Counted from the stretch's first letter, positions 9,317-20,221 are shown. The stretch: 64,000 bases of DNA from an uncultured Spirochaetota bacterium (GCA_963835575.1 CAWIGG010000002.1:1792001-1856000); one strand, 5' to 3'. Notes: a model not told the origin generated them from the sequence alone. Translations and numbers: made by a program.

Positions 9317-10927
9317 TTAATGGAAGCGCATTTTTCTGTTCGCGGCCGGGTCTGCCGGAGGGTTATAACGGATATTTTTTATCGCAACCGTATAATATTT
9401 ATAGGGGATTAACTGAAAGAGCCTGGGATCATACGTGTTGCTTCTTTCCGCATTGATCACGGCGACCCGTCCCGGGAAGTTTGTCCCGAAATCACCTAAA
9501 ACATAGCGGTCAAAAGACTTTACTGACTGAAAAGTGTCGCCCGGATTATAATACTGGTGGTTTGTTATAAAAAGGATAGGATCAATTTTATTGTAATAGA
9601 GCACTAATGCGTATATTATACCCACTCCTTCTATGTTGACTGTTATTGTTTCTTTCGGCGCGGCAATCTGCTGCGTTTTCCGCACGGCATCGCCGAAAGA
9701 CTCATAAAAAGAACCGCCTATCCAGCCCGGATAGGTCTGAAAGTAAAACTGGCAGAAAGACAGGAAAAAACAGCAATACGCCCCGATCAGTATTTTTTTA
9801 ATCCAGGCCGGTTCTATGGCATCCAGGCCGGCGGCCGTCATAAAGATGATCGGCAGGATAATAATATTATACCGGTTGATATTCGGTTCCATATTAAAGC
9901 TCAGAATTAAGGGAATGAAAAACCAGACCCCCCAGAATATGTTCATGGACCGGATCTTTATTTTTTTGAAATAGGCGAACAGCCCTACCGCCACAAAGGG
10001 AATGGACAGGGAATAAAGAATTTTATAATCCGGCAGTGAATTATGGATTAAAGGGTCATGGCCCTTTATAAAGAGTATGTCAAAAGTCCTTGCAACAAAG
10101 TCAACAGCGTCGCTCCAAAAACGGCCGCTCAAAACGCTTGACTCTGTTGAGAAACGGGTCGGGCCAGGCAGGCGCGGTATGGTCATCCAGAGGTATTTGA
10201 TTGTGTTTAAATGAAAGGTGTTGATAATGACATAGAGAAACATGGGAAGCGCGGAAATAATAGTGACTATGCCGCTGATCATCAGGATTTTCCAGTCAAT
10301 TTTCTTTATAAAATAGAGATAGAGAGTCAGAATTATAAGCCAGAGGGGGATGAGAAGGTATGAAGTGCCGTAAGTGTATAAGCACAGGCAGAAAAATGCA
10401 TAAGCGACGGGTATCAATACTTTTCTTTCAAAACCATACAATAGAATTGTAAATGCCAGCATAAAAACCGGAGGGAACGCGTTGCATTCCAGTCCCCAGC
10501 GGCTCATCATAATATTCCATGGGGATATTGCGACAAAAAAAGCGGCTATGAGCGCCAGATTATTATTATATGTCTTCCTCACCACCAGAAACATGAGAAA
10601 TATTGTCATAATGCCCATCAAGGCGCTGGCAAGGCGTGTCGCGAAAGGATTGAGTCCGAATACTGCGATAAAGGGGATGGAAAGATAACTATAGAAGGAA
10701 CTCTGTCCGCTGCCGAAGGACACAAGATGAACCGGAAAATAATTCCCATTGTGGTCCATCCCGGTTTTTAAAATAGAGTAAGCGTCATATCCCGCCACAG
10801 CCTCATCCTGATTCAGACCGGGAGGATTAACCCCGAGTAAAAAAAGACGTATAAAAGCGCCGATGATTAAAATTAAAAACAGCCATTTATATTTTATTAT
10901 AAAATTTAAGATTTTGCTTTTGAACAT
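9317..10927 (-). CDS. GT-C membrane glycosyltransferase (ArnT/PMT_2, GT39/GT83-like)
   Basis: 'PPGLNQDEAVAGYDAYSILKTG.D', 'ISPWNIMMSRWGLE', many transmembrane helices. Confidence 0.8.
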   Translation of the reverse strand: MFKSKILNFIIKYKWLFLILIIGAFIRLFLLGVNPPGLNQDEAVAGYDAYSILKTGMDHNGNYFPVHLVSFGSGQSSFYSYLSIPFIAVFGLNPFATRLASALMGIMTIFLMFLVVRKTYNNNLALIAAFFVAISPWNIMMSRWGLECNAFPPVFMLAFTILLYGFERKVLIPVAYAFFCLCLYTYGTSYLLIPLWLIILTLYLYFIKKIDWKILMISGIVTIISALPMFLYVIINTFHLNTIKYLWMTIPRLPGPTRFSTESSVLSGRFWSDAVDFVARTFDILFIKGHDPLIHNSLPDYKILYSLSIPFVAVGLFAYFKKIKIRSMNIFWGVWFFIPLILSFNMEPNINRYNIIILPIIFMTAAGLDAIEPAWIKKILIGAYCCFFLSFCQFYFQTYPGWIGGSFYESFGDAVRKTQQIAAPKETITVNIEGVGIIYALVLYYNKIDPILFITNHQYYNPGDTFQSVKSFDRYVLGDFGTNFPGRVAVINAERSNTYDPRLFQLIPYKYYTVAIKNIRYNPPADPAANRKMRFH

Positions 10928-11163
10928 AAGCAGGCTCCTCAGGCATTTCCCTTTTTCAATCTATAATATAAATCTTAAGATCGTTTTGAATGACTTATCT
11001 TTGAAACAGGAAATCAATGCTTCTATAATACCATAATTGAATTGGATTGTACAGAAAATATAAAGTCCTATTGGTAGAAGAGTAAAACCGGCGATTTTTT
11101 GTTTTCCCGATTTTTTAATATCATTTTTACAAGATGCTGAATATAATTTTTCCTGAGACCATG

Positions 11164-13108
11164 TCATTTCTTGACAAAAATATATATATTCCCGAAATTA
11201 TGGGTTAATTTGTAATTGTTGTTTATCAGAAGGCTCAGAAGATGGGGGTCGGGCTCGAAGTGCAAATGAGGAAGTGAAACGATGACATCAGGATCAAATG
11301 CCGGGAATTGACCCGCCTTTATTTGCGAGATGTTGTCGACAAAAACATGCTCTATGCGCTTGAAAGGAGAACCGCAATCATGCAGAAATACCCACAAAGG
11401 GTATTCACAGCCTGACTCGCCGGTTGACAGCCCGATATTCCGATATTTCTGCAGAGAAAGAAATTGGGCGGCTTCCAGGTAATCATTATACGGAGGCACC
11501 CTTCTATAATAAAAAAAGAAATCTGAGCGGGACATCGTGAAAATATTTACTTTATATCTGTCAAAAACCAGGGGTTTGTAAGGGAAAAAAAGCACGAAAG
11601 GCAATGAGCAAAGAAAAAGGGCCGAAACCGCAGTATAGACAACATATTTTTTATTCAGCGCTGATAATGACAATGCGATAACAGGCGCGAAGAGGATAAA
11701 AACCGGCAGATGCAGTCTCGTATGCCATGGCTGCCATTTGAGCAATAAACAGAAAAGAATTAAAATAATAAATAATTGCATTATGTACGGGAAAAGGGTC
11801 CCGGCCAGAGGACGGTTCCTTTTTGCCGATAGAATCAGAAGAGCGGCTATGATCAGCAAAACATGCAGAGGATTGGGGGATCTATCCTCACTGATCACCA
11901 GCCTGCTGACATGAAAATGCTGATCGCTCCATGGCACCACCCAGGTTGTCCGGGGGTCATCGGTGCTTAATCCAAGCCGGCGGTGAAACTCTCTGATGGA
12001 TTGCTCCAGCCCGTCATTTATCCTGTCAAAAGGCGTGGTAATCTGCAGAGCAAGGTTTCTTACAGCATTTGAAATGAACACGGGAAAAGACATCACTTCG
12101 TTGATATATGTATTACCAAGATCGCGGTTCGGCCCGAGAGGCGAACCATAGAGATCATAGTTCCTCAGACTATGGCCGAAGTTCAAAAGAACAACACAAA
12201 ACGCAATGACTGCCGCCCCGGCCCAGGCCTTCCGTCCGGGCGCTTTTATCAGGGTATAGAGATAGTAAATCAGGAACGGGAATGCATATATAAGCGCTGT
12301 CGACTTTGTGAAGAGAGCAAGCCCCAGGCTGAAACCTGCGGCAAGACAGACGCGCCATGAAGGATCTTCTTTCATAACCATTAAAAAATAAACAAAAGAG
12401 ACGATCCAGAAGGTGATTACGAGATCTGTCTGCGTATCCGAGGCTTCCAGAATTGCGATAGGCAGTACGGCTTACGATCACAGCGGCCAGGATTTGCGTT
12501 GAGCGGCCCGCCCCGAATTTTTACGCTATGAGCGTGATCCCTGTAATACTGCCGATCCATGATATCCACTGTAATAGATTGGCGAACCTGTCGCTGCCGC
12601 TTAATAATTGAAGATGGAGCAGCGCATATTCAGCCCAGGGATTCAAATGCAGCTGTCTCGGAATAAGGGTCGGATAAAATTTAAGAGACCTGTTTTGTAT
12701 CCAGTGCATTATTCGGCTCATGTGATATGACACAGAACCCCATTGGCTTGTCGGCGCGATAAAGGCAATAAACCCGACAGTCCCAATAATCAAGCTCATG
12801 CCAATCATAATGGCAATGTCGCTTTTTGATAATGGTATTATGCGCACTGGAAAAAGAGTCCCTTTTTTCATGATCAGAATCGCGGCGGAAGCAGCCAGGA
12901 CAGCGATCCACAACCCGCATATCCATGGGAAAGTGATGAGCGAGAACAGGCTTAGAAACTCAGTGCTTAAGGCTATGATTACGCCAAGTATGATAGAGGA
13001 TATCAGGAATGCTTCCCGCCAGCCGCGGACAGACCCCTTCTTGAGCGCAAGGATAAGGACGCATAGACAAACGAACGGCAATATACCGGGCATGAAAATC
13101 AACTCCAA
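11164..13108 (-). pseudogene. GT-C-like membrane protein disrupted by a nonsense codon and a +1 frameshift
   Basis: TAA at 12521-12523 is followed in frame by KFGAGRSTQILAAVIV; one extra base near 12472 then gives AVLPIAILEASDTQTDLVITFW, which runs into ORF 11164-12381. Confidence 0.75.
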
Positions 13109-13399
13109 AAGCGTGCTGTATATGCCCCTGTAAGGATGAGAACAGGAGCATGAAATACGTATTCTTTGTCACCAGGCGGATCAGAAAGCGGGATTGCTTT
13201 CCAGTCCTATTATAAATAAAAACTCAACTGGTTTTTCGAACAAGTCACTTCGTTTTTAAGAAAGAAAATGGGCCGGAGAACGTGTCCTCTTTCACATATT
13301 TCCCTGATTTAAAGAAGTATAATTTATTATACAGGCTATGTCAAATAATTCAAAATGCCTGCGGCGCATGGCTGATATAAGAAAAATAGCTCCTAGATT

Positions 13400-13475
13400 T
13401 TAGCGTTTAGCCATAAGTTTCCAGCCGTTTCCTGCTAATCGCTAATAGCCAACAGCTAACGGCTAATTGCTATTC
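13400..13475. repeat. 7-nt periodic repeat with an inverted partner
   Basis: GCTAATC GCTAATA GCCAACA GCTAACG GCTAATT, preceded by inverted TTAGCGTTTAGC. Confidence 0.7.
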
Positions 13476-13552
13476 CTATTTTTACCCAGATATTCCCGAA
13501 CGTATCAATTTTGAATTCACCGGCCAGAATTAATCATTATTCACCATATTAA

Positions 13553-13835
13553 TTATTTAAGAGCTTCCCATAACGCTTTTTTGAATTCATTATAGGTAAA
13601 AGGTTTCTGCAGGAAGGTCTTGAAACCGTAACGCTCGTATTCAGCCATGACCGGTACATCGGAGTACCCGCTGTAAACAATCCCCCTGACGCCGGGGTCG
13701 ATTTTTTGGATCCTTTTCATCACCTCTTCCCCGCCCATTCCGCCGGGTATCGTCAGATCAGTGATGACAATGTCAAACGGCTCGCCGCGGCTTCCGGCTT
13801 CCTGATAGACGCGGACTGTTTCCGACCCTTCGGAG
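13553..13835 (-). pseudogene. Orphan C-terminal receiver-domain fragment of a hybrid histidine kinase
   Basis: SEGSETVRVYQEAGSRGEPFDIVITDLTIPGGMGGEE...YSGYS...FLQKPFT; no N-terminus or start; abuts the RBS of the divergent GH5 gene. Confidence 0.75.
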
Positions 13836-13841
13836 GTTTAT

Positions 13842-15605
13842 ATGAAAAGGGAAAAAATTCCCCCAAGAACAGCCTTCCTACCCGTAATGGCCGCTGTAAG
13901 CTGGCTTTTTGCGCTGTTAGTGAGCTGTTCTCTTGTACCTGGTTCTATCAATGAAAAACTTATACCCGATGCTTCAGTACCGATAGGGGTGAAAGCTTAT
14001 CCTGCCAATTCTGTCGTGGCAGTCAATGGAAAATTGAAAGTTGTCAACCGCCAGTTGTGCAGTTCCAGCGGCCAGCCCATCCAGCTCAAAGGGATGAGCA
14101 CTCACGGCCTTCAATGGTACGGCAACTTTGTAACGAGCGGCGCAGTCAGCACTCTAGCCAGCGACTGGAAAGCTTCAGTCGTACGCGCCGCCATGTATGT
14201 CGACGAAGGCGGTTATGAGAGCGACAAGTCCATAACAAACACAGTCATCGCTCTTGCGAATTATGCAGAACAGAACGGTATTTACTGCATAATTGACTGG
14301 CATATGCTTAACCCGGGCGATCCCGCGGCACATACAGCGGACGCGGTAGCGTTCTTTCAATCGATGGCGAAGATGTTTGCCTCAAAGAACCACATCCTTT
14401 TCGAAATCTGCAATGAACCTAACGGCGTGACCTGGGCATCCAGCATCAAAGCCTATGCCAATACTGTAGTGAACGCCATCCGCGCCATTGATTCCAGCGT
14501 GGTCATCATAGTCGGAACCGGCACCTGGAGCCAGGATGTCAATGAGCCCGCGGCGGATCCTCTGACCCAGACCAACATCATGTATACTCTGCATTTCTAT
14601 ACCGGAACGCATACCCAGTCTCTGAGGGATAAAGCTTCCGCGGCTCTTTCCAATATCGCCATATTTGTGACGGAATGGGGAACCGGCGATTCCAGCGGAA
14701 ACGGCGGCCCTTACTTAAGCGAAGCCACCAACTGGATGAACTGGTGTGACGCCAATAAAATCACCTGGTGCAACTGGTCCCTCTGCGACAAGTCTGAAAC
14801 ATCCGCGGCTTTAGTTTCCGGCGCAAGCACAAATGGAAGCTGGCCTGATTCACAGATTTCCGCATCCGGTTTATGAGTAAGGGATTGGATGAGAAAAGGC
14901 GCTTCCAGCGCCAGTTCGGTTGCCGCCAGTTCCAGCCGGTCCAGCGTTGCAAGCAGTACTGCATCATCTGCTGCAGTGAGCTCCAGCCGGTCCAGCGTTG
15001 CGTCTTCAGTCGCTGTAAGTTCGAGCAGGTCCGGCACGGCGTCTTCGGCTGCAGTGAGCTCCAGTAAATCAAGCGCCGCTTCATCCGTAGTAAGTTCCAG
15101 CAAATCAAGCACGGCAAGCAGTCAGGCGTCCAGCGCCGCGTCTTCCGTAAGCGGCGCTGTCAAAGTCCAGTTCTTTAACGGGAGCCTCGGGTCATCGGTT
15201 AATACGATCAATCCCCACTTCAAGCTTTTCAACACCGGAACCGCGGCAATCAGTCTGACTAACGTGAAGATGAGATATTACTACACAATAGACGGAGAAA
15301 AGACCCAGAGCTTCGCTTGCGATTACTCGACCGCGGGCACGGCAAATGTAACGGGAACATTTGTAAAAATGTCTACCGCTAAAACAAATGCCGACTATTA
15401 CTTTGAATGCGGGTTTACCAGCGCTGCGGGCAGCGTCTCGGCGGGCGGCTCAGTTGAAGTGCAGATCAGGTTTTACAAGAGCGACTGGTCGAACTACTCG
15501 CAAACCAATGATTATTCGTTTAACTCCACAGCCAGCGCATACGCCGATTGGACTAAAACAACCGGTTATGTTTCCGGAGTTCTCAACTGGGGCGTAGAAC
15601 CGTAA
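13842..15605 (+). pseudogene. GH5 endoglucanase lipoprotein + Ser-rich linker + CBM3, split by an in-frame TGA at 14874-14876
   Basis: 'QLKGMSTHGLQWY', 'IIDWH', acid/base NEP, nucleophile 'IFVTEWG'. The junction reads SGL*VRDWMRKG in one frame. CBM3 motifs 'NTINPHFKLFNTG', 'MRYYYT.DG', 'DWSNYSQTNDYSF', 'WGVEP'. Confidence 0.85.
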
Positions 15606-15636
15606 AGATAAAAGCATCTCTGTTGATTTCCATAGG

Positions 15637-15676
15637 AGGCTGCTGCGCCGTAAAAAGCACAGCAGCCTTTTTTTTA
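15637..15676 (+). terminator. Intrinsic terminator
   Basis: AGGCTGCTG...CAGCAGCCT followed by a T-run. Confidence 0.75.
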
Positions 15677-15848
15677 AATCCACCGGGCAAAGATATCAAT
15701 CATTACAGCATGCCGGCTGACGCCATAACATTTTTTAATCCGGTATTTTTGATTTAAGAGCCGGCTTTGTTCAGAATAATACTAGTAACAAAGCATATTC
15801 TATTTTTGGCCAATTGAAAATACAGCAACAGATTGTAATTAAATATAA

Positions 15849-16052
15849 GGGCAGTTCCAAAAACTCAAAGTCAATCAGATATTTCCAACATAGGTTTTGG
15901 AACTGCCCCGGTTATAGAATCTCTTGTAAATTTAATTGACGCTACCGTATAGAGTTCGCTGGTTGATGATCTTTTCAGATAGCGAACTCGGGCGGTAGCA
16001 TGAACTCATATAATAGCGGCAGTTCTAAATATTTGAGTTTTTAGAACTGCCC
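15849..16052. mobile_element. MITE-like composite palindromic element (GGGCAGTT family)
   Basis: Outer 21-bp inverted repeats GGGCAGTTCYAAAAACTCAAA; each end is itself a hairpin; internal hairpin GCTACCG..GAGTTCGCT/AGCGAACTC..CGGTAGC at 15941-16000. Confidence 0.55.
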
Positions 16053-16218
16053 ATAATAAATTTACAGATTTAAAAAAATGAACAAAGAATAACGACCTAT
16101 TCTCACGCTTTGAGAGGGGAATCTAATACGTCCTTCATAACAGCGGCTCCAAAATCATTCACCCCCCGCGGAAGCGGGGAATGAATAAGAGATACCGGTA
16201 TTTCCGGAAAAATCCTTG

Positions 16219-16422
16219 TTAAGACCCTAATTTGTATTTCGCCTTAACCTTTTTTTCCGCGTTCAGCCAATCGGTCATTTCATTACCGATAGACCCTTTT
16301 TTGTCTCTTTCAAGATAAAAATCATAAGCCTTCTTTTTAATCTCACCCAGAAACTCCTTCAATTCCGGTCTTGCCGATTCCTTTGCCGCTTCCGGCTTAA
16401 CAACTGTCTTTTTCATTTCCAT
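16219..16422 (-). CDS. Small DUF2934-like protein, copy 1
   Basis: 'EIKKKAYDFYLER...DWLNAEK' pattern; strong RBS AAGGAGG; paralogue at 25157-25360. Confidence 0.75.
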   Translation of the reverse strand: MEMKKTVVKPEAAKESARPELKEFLGEIKKKAYDFYLERDKKGSIGNEMTDWLNAEKKVKAKYKLGS

Positions 16423-16636
16423 GACATTCCTCCTTGTTTATTTTATTAACTTAATAATTAAATGCATTATATAATGAACAGGCGTAAAAAAAGCTCTTTA
16501 AAATTATCAGGTCTTAATGGTAAGGATTTGCACACTTGCGGATTCTCTGCAATGCGGGAAGAGAAAACGGGATTTAACTGAACATAAAACAAAAACCGTT
16601 TGTATTGTAGAGAGGTTTTTATATACTTCTAATGTT

Positions 16637-16665
16637 ATTATACTTACTATTAAGTTAAAAGTCAA
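16637..16665 (-). promoter_or_regulatory. Sigma70 promoter upstream of the DUF2934-like gene
   Basis: TTGACT-17 nt-TATAAT; conserved in the second copy as TTGACT-17-TATACT. Confidence 0.75.
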
Positions 16666-16813
16666 TAGCGGCCTGAAATCCAGCAGTTCAGTAGGATTAA
16701 AAAACCCAATCATCACCAGAAACACAGCATTTTGTTCAATGATCGCTTTTAGAGGCATATTTGAAAGGAAGTAAAAAAGATATGAAAGGGAATAAAAATA
16801 GGCCGAATGAAAT

Positions 16814-17827
16814 TTAAAATTTGTAGGCTATTATCAAACCGCCCACAACCTTGATTGTTTCAATAATCTCGCCGACATGGCCAAGGCTTCCTGCCTCGCC
16901 TTCACTTGTAGGCTGGTACCTGATCTGTTCCTGGTCTCCGGAACCCGTAATATAATCAAATGTGCAATCAGCCGTAATTGTCAAATTAGGTATAATTTCA
17001 TAAACAATATTGGCAAAGCCTCTGCCCCCGAACAGAATACCAAAGCTCGTGGATCTCTTTGACCGGAGTATGTGATCATCCACATCCGAAAAAAAACCGG
17101 GAAGCGTCCCGCCCCCAAATCTGAACTGAAATGGTCCGGCATTTATTGTGAAATTATTCAGGATTGGAAAAATAAATTCTACAAAACTGCGGCGGATTGC
17201 GACAATATTGGTTTTAATATTTTGAGCATAAATTGGGGACAAAAAATTTGAATACTGTCCATAGGAAGGATAGGTCTGGAATAAGTTTTCTGTTTCAAAA
17301 TAGAAATATTGAACTTCTAATCCGAATAGAAATTGAAAGACAATAGGTCCCCAGGTCCAGCAATGTATAATGGGATGAATATAAGCCAGCCAGATGTCAT
17401 CTCTGGAATCACTCTGGGAATAAATATCCAGTGTATGTTTATCGGCCCAGGTGTTGCCGTTCAAATACCAGTATCCCCAATCGGAATCAAACATTTTCCC
17501 GGTAATTAAAGGAATATTTTTTTGCAGGCTGATCTTGATATCCCAATCAGGAATAAAATTATAAAATTCAAATGTGAAATATAGAATTGGGTCGGACATC
17601 GTAAATTTCAACTGGCTTAATTGAAAGGGTATGTCAACGGCGCCATTCTTGTAATTCCAATAATCGCCGATCTGGTACAGGGTTTGACCGTATAAATAAC
17701 CGCTGCCTATCCCGACCTGAAGGGAATTAGTGCTGGTATTTCCCCCCCGGCAGATGGATGTTAATAAAATGAAAATAGTGAATGGAACGATCATTTTAAA
17801 AACAATACATTGAGATTTTTTAACCAT
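16814..17827 (-). CDS. Omptin-family outer-membrane protease
   Basis: 'LSQLKF', 'GKMFDSDW', 'DVDDHILR' match omptin motifs; C-terminal Phe typical of beta-barrels. Confidence 0.7.
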   Translation of the reverse strand: MVKKSQCIVFKMIVPFTIFILLTSICRGGNTSTNSLQVGIGSGYLYGQTLYQIGDYWNYKNGAVDIPFQLSQLKFTMSDPILYFTFEFYNFIPDWDIKISLQKNIPLITGKMFDSDWGYWYLNGNTWADKHTLDIYSQSDSRDDIWLAYIHPIIHCWTWGPIVFQFLFGLEVQYFYFETENLFQTYPSYGQYSNFLSPIYAQNIKTNIVAIRRSFVEFIFPILNNFTINAGPFQFRFGGGTLPGFFSDVDDHILRSKRSTSFGILFGGRGFANIVYEIIPNLTITADCTFDYITGSGDQEQIRYQPTSEGEAGSLGHVGEIIETIKVVGGLIIAYKF

Positions 17828-17846
17828 AACAAATCCTTAATTTAAA

Positions 17847-18512
17847 TTAAAATTCAATGCCGATTGAAACAGGCAGCAAAAAATTAAAGAACATATATTT
17901 TTTCTCATTATTAACATAGGTCATCTGGCTCATGCAAAGCTCCAAAGCGACGCCGGCAATAAACCTGTCTCCAAGGAACATCCCGAATTCAAGTCCTGCC
18001 TGTCCTCCAATACCTCCGGCTGTATCCCGGTATTCATTAAAGTCTGGATAATAACCGGAAAATAAATTGATAACATCCTGAGACAAATTAAATAAAGAAT
18101 AATTCACGCCATAGTAAGGTTTCAAATAATATTTAGAACCAGGGGCCAAAAAAAAACGATTATACCAATTTAATTGAAAAACCGTCATAAATCCCACATT
18201 CAATGAAGAAGGGCCGACGGCTGATATATTATTGAAAATGGTCTTGAATTCAAATCCGGCGTCTGGAAAAACTTGAATTCCGGCTTTAACGCCAAGACCA
18301 AAGTCAAGAAATATATCGGGAGGAGGGTTAAGACCTCTTGATAGAAAAAAAGCAAGGCGACTGTAAAAATACCCGGTATTACAGGAAACAGAAATATCAA
18401 ATAGATGACTGACACGCTCATTATCATTTGAATTTTCCCCATATGCAAAGACTGCCCCAGAAATAATTAAAGCAAATATCAAGTTATAGTAAAAAAGTGT
18501 TCTCTTTAACAT
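17847..18512 (-). CDS. Putative outer-membrane beta-barrel protein (start uncertain; ORF extends to 18578)
   Basis: Signal-like N-terminus (AVFA), amphipathic strands, C-terminal 'SIGIEF'. Confidence 0.55.
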   Translation of the reverse strand: MLKRTLFYYNLIFALIISGAVFAYGENSNDNERVSHLFDISVSCNTGYFYSRLAFFLSRGLNPPPDIFLDFGLGVKAGIQVFPDAGFEFKTIFNNISAVGPSSLNVGFMTVFQLNWYNRFFLAPGSKYYLKPYYGVNYSLFNLSQDVINLFSGYYPDFNEYRDTAGGIGGQAGLEFGMFLGDRFIAGVALELCMSQMTYVNNEKKYMFFNFLLPVSIGIEF

Positions 18513-18787
18513 CCCGAACCCCAAACCACAAAATATTTTAACTATAATTCCATTTGAAGTAATTGTCAACACCGGCAATGTAAATTTCCCTTTTCACAGA
18601 AATAAATTTCCGCTTGAGATGTTAAAAAAAGGCGGCCGGTCAATTATCATAATCCCCGGGTGTGGTTTCTAAAATTTTCAAATAAGCTTTTTTATTGCTA
18701 TCGCGTTAGACTCCGCCGTTATATGAAACCGCCCGACTTTTTAGAAAGAGCCGCACGCGGTAAATAGAATAGATTATTTTATCATAA

Positions 18788-20221
18788 TTATTCTTTTTGA
18801 ATTTTTACCGGGAACGCTATAATAAATTCAGTTCCATCCCCTGAATTTAACCGGACAGTCCCTCTTAATTGTGAAGATAATAAATTCACCATTAATAGAC
18901 CAAACGACTTTATATTTTTACTAAAATCAAATCCGGGCGGCAGCCCTTTCCCATCATCATGAACAATTAAATTACAAAGCCGGGTATTTTTATCAACAAA
19001 TAATTTTACCAGAATTGTGCCCTTTTCTCCTTCCGGGAACGCATGTTTGATACTATTTGACACCAGTTCATTGAGAATAAGACCGCAGGGGACCGCGTCA
19101 TCAATGCCGAGATGAATATTTTCCGCCTCGATTTTTATTCTTATCTCCTGCCGTTTGTACATTGAGCGCAGGTTCTCAATCAGTTTTGGAATAAACTCCC
19201 CGAAGTCAATATCATTTTCCGCAGTGTATCCATATAACTCATTGTGTATTAGAGCCATAGCATTTATGCGGCTTATACTATCAATAAACAGATCAACAGC
19301 TTCAGGATCCTTGACATACTGCAATTGAATGTTGAACATATTATTAATAAGCTGCATGTTGTTTCTGATCCGGTGATGTATTTCCTTTATTATAATTTCT
19401 TTTTCTTTGATTGAAGCCTTGATCTTTTCTTCGGCATTTTTTATTTCCGTCATATCCCTGAATGATTCTACAGCCCCGATGATATTCCCCTGTATATCAT
19501 ATAGAATTGAAGATGTCGCCCAAATATGATTGTTTTTTTCTTTTGTTGAAGTTAGAAACCGGCCTGCAATAAGTATATCTTCGGTTCTTTGAAAAAAGTC
19601 GTATTCTTTTTCAATTTCCGTATCAGGTTTTAACATCAGATCAATAAATAAGGGCCCTTTATAACCATAAAACGGCACGGCATTTTCATATTCCCCTTTG
19701 CCGATGATATCCTGCGAATTTATACCGGATATTTTTTCCAGAGCTTTATTCCATAAATAAACTTTACCATTAACATCGATAACAAACGTCGGATCTGGAA
19801 GATTGTTTATTATAGTAAATAATAAATTTTCGGAATTTCTTACCGTTAACTCGTTCAGTTTTTTATCAGTTATATTTTTAACGCAGACGAGCCTGGCCGG
19901 CCTGCCTTCCCACGCCGTTGATATTGAAATGATCTTTACAAAAACAAGACGGCCCTTTTTGCTGATAATACGGAAGATCAAATCATCCGGCAAACCCTCA
20001 TTTTTGGCTTTTTTAATCTGAAACTCAGTGACTTTTTCTCTGTCGTCAATATGAATAAAATCAAAAATGTTTTTATCGCTTACTTCATTTATTGAATACC
20101 CTAAATCCGAAAGAGGCTTTTGATTTACAAATTCTATTTTATTATCCTGAATAACTATTATAAGATCGCTTGCGTTTTCTAATAACAACTTGTATCGGAT
20201 ATTATTGTTGTTCCCTTCCAT
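18788..20221 (-). CDS. Cytoplasmic PAS-PAS sensor histidine kinase (HisKA_2 type)
   Basis: Two PAS domains, 'KEIHHRIRNNMQ', 'LILNELVSNSIKHAF', 'DDGKG'. Confidence 0.9.
   Translation of the reverse strand: MEGNNNNIRYKLLLENASDLIIVIQDNKIEFVNQKPLSDLGYSINEVSDKNIFDFIHIDDREKVTEFQIKKAKNEGLPDDLIFRIISKKGRLVFVKIISISTAWEGRPARLVCVKNITDKKLNELTVRNSENLLFTIINNLPDPTFVIDVNGKVYLWNKALEKISGINSQDIIGKGEYENAVPFYGYKGPLFIDLMLKPDTEIEKEYDFFQRTEDILIAGRFLTSTKEKNNHIWATSSILYDIQGNIIGAVESFRDMTEIKNAEEKIKASIKEKEIIIKEIHHRIRNNMQLINNMFNIQLQYVKDPEAVDLFIDSISRINAMALIHNELYGYTAENDIDFGEFIPKLIENLRSMYKRQEIRIKIEAENIHLGIDDAVPCGLILNELVSNSIKHAFPEGEKGTILVKLFVDKNTRLCNLIVHDDGKGLPPGFDFSKNIKSFGLLMVNLLSSQLRGTVRLNSGDGTEFIIAFPVKIQKE

Noticed and set aside
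14874..14876. Genome-wide TGA-to-Trp recoding or selenocysteine to explain the GH5 stop
   Set aside because: prfA, pbpC, the Rh50 gene and the FGE gene end properly at TGA, and the other long genes have no internal TGA. The position fits Trp, not Cys.
14889..15160. Ser/Ala-rich tracts (also 38880-39010) as repeat elements
   Set aside because: They are ordinary low-complexity linkers of secreted proteins.
16507..16774. ORFs overlapping the DUF2934 leader; c-di-GMP riboswitch in that leader
   Set aside because: The ORFs are not preserved in the second copy, and the GEMM-type GGCAAA/GCAAAG features are absent.
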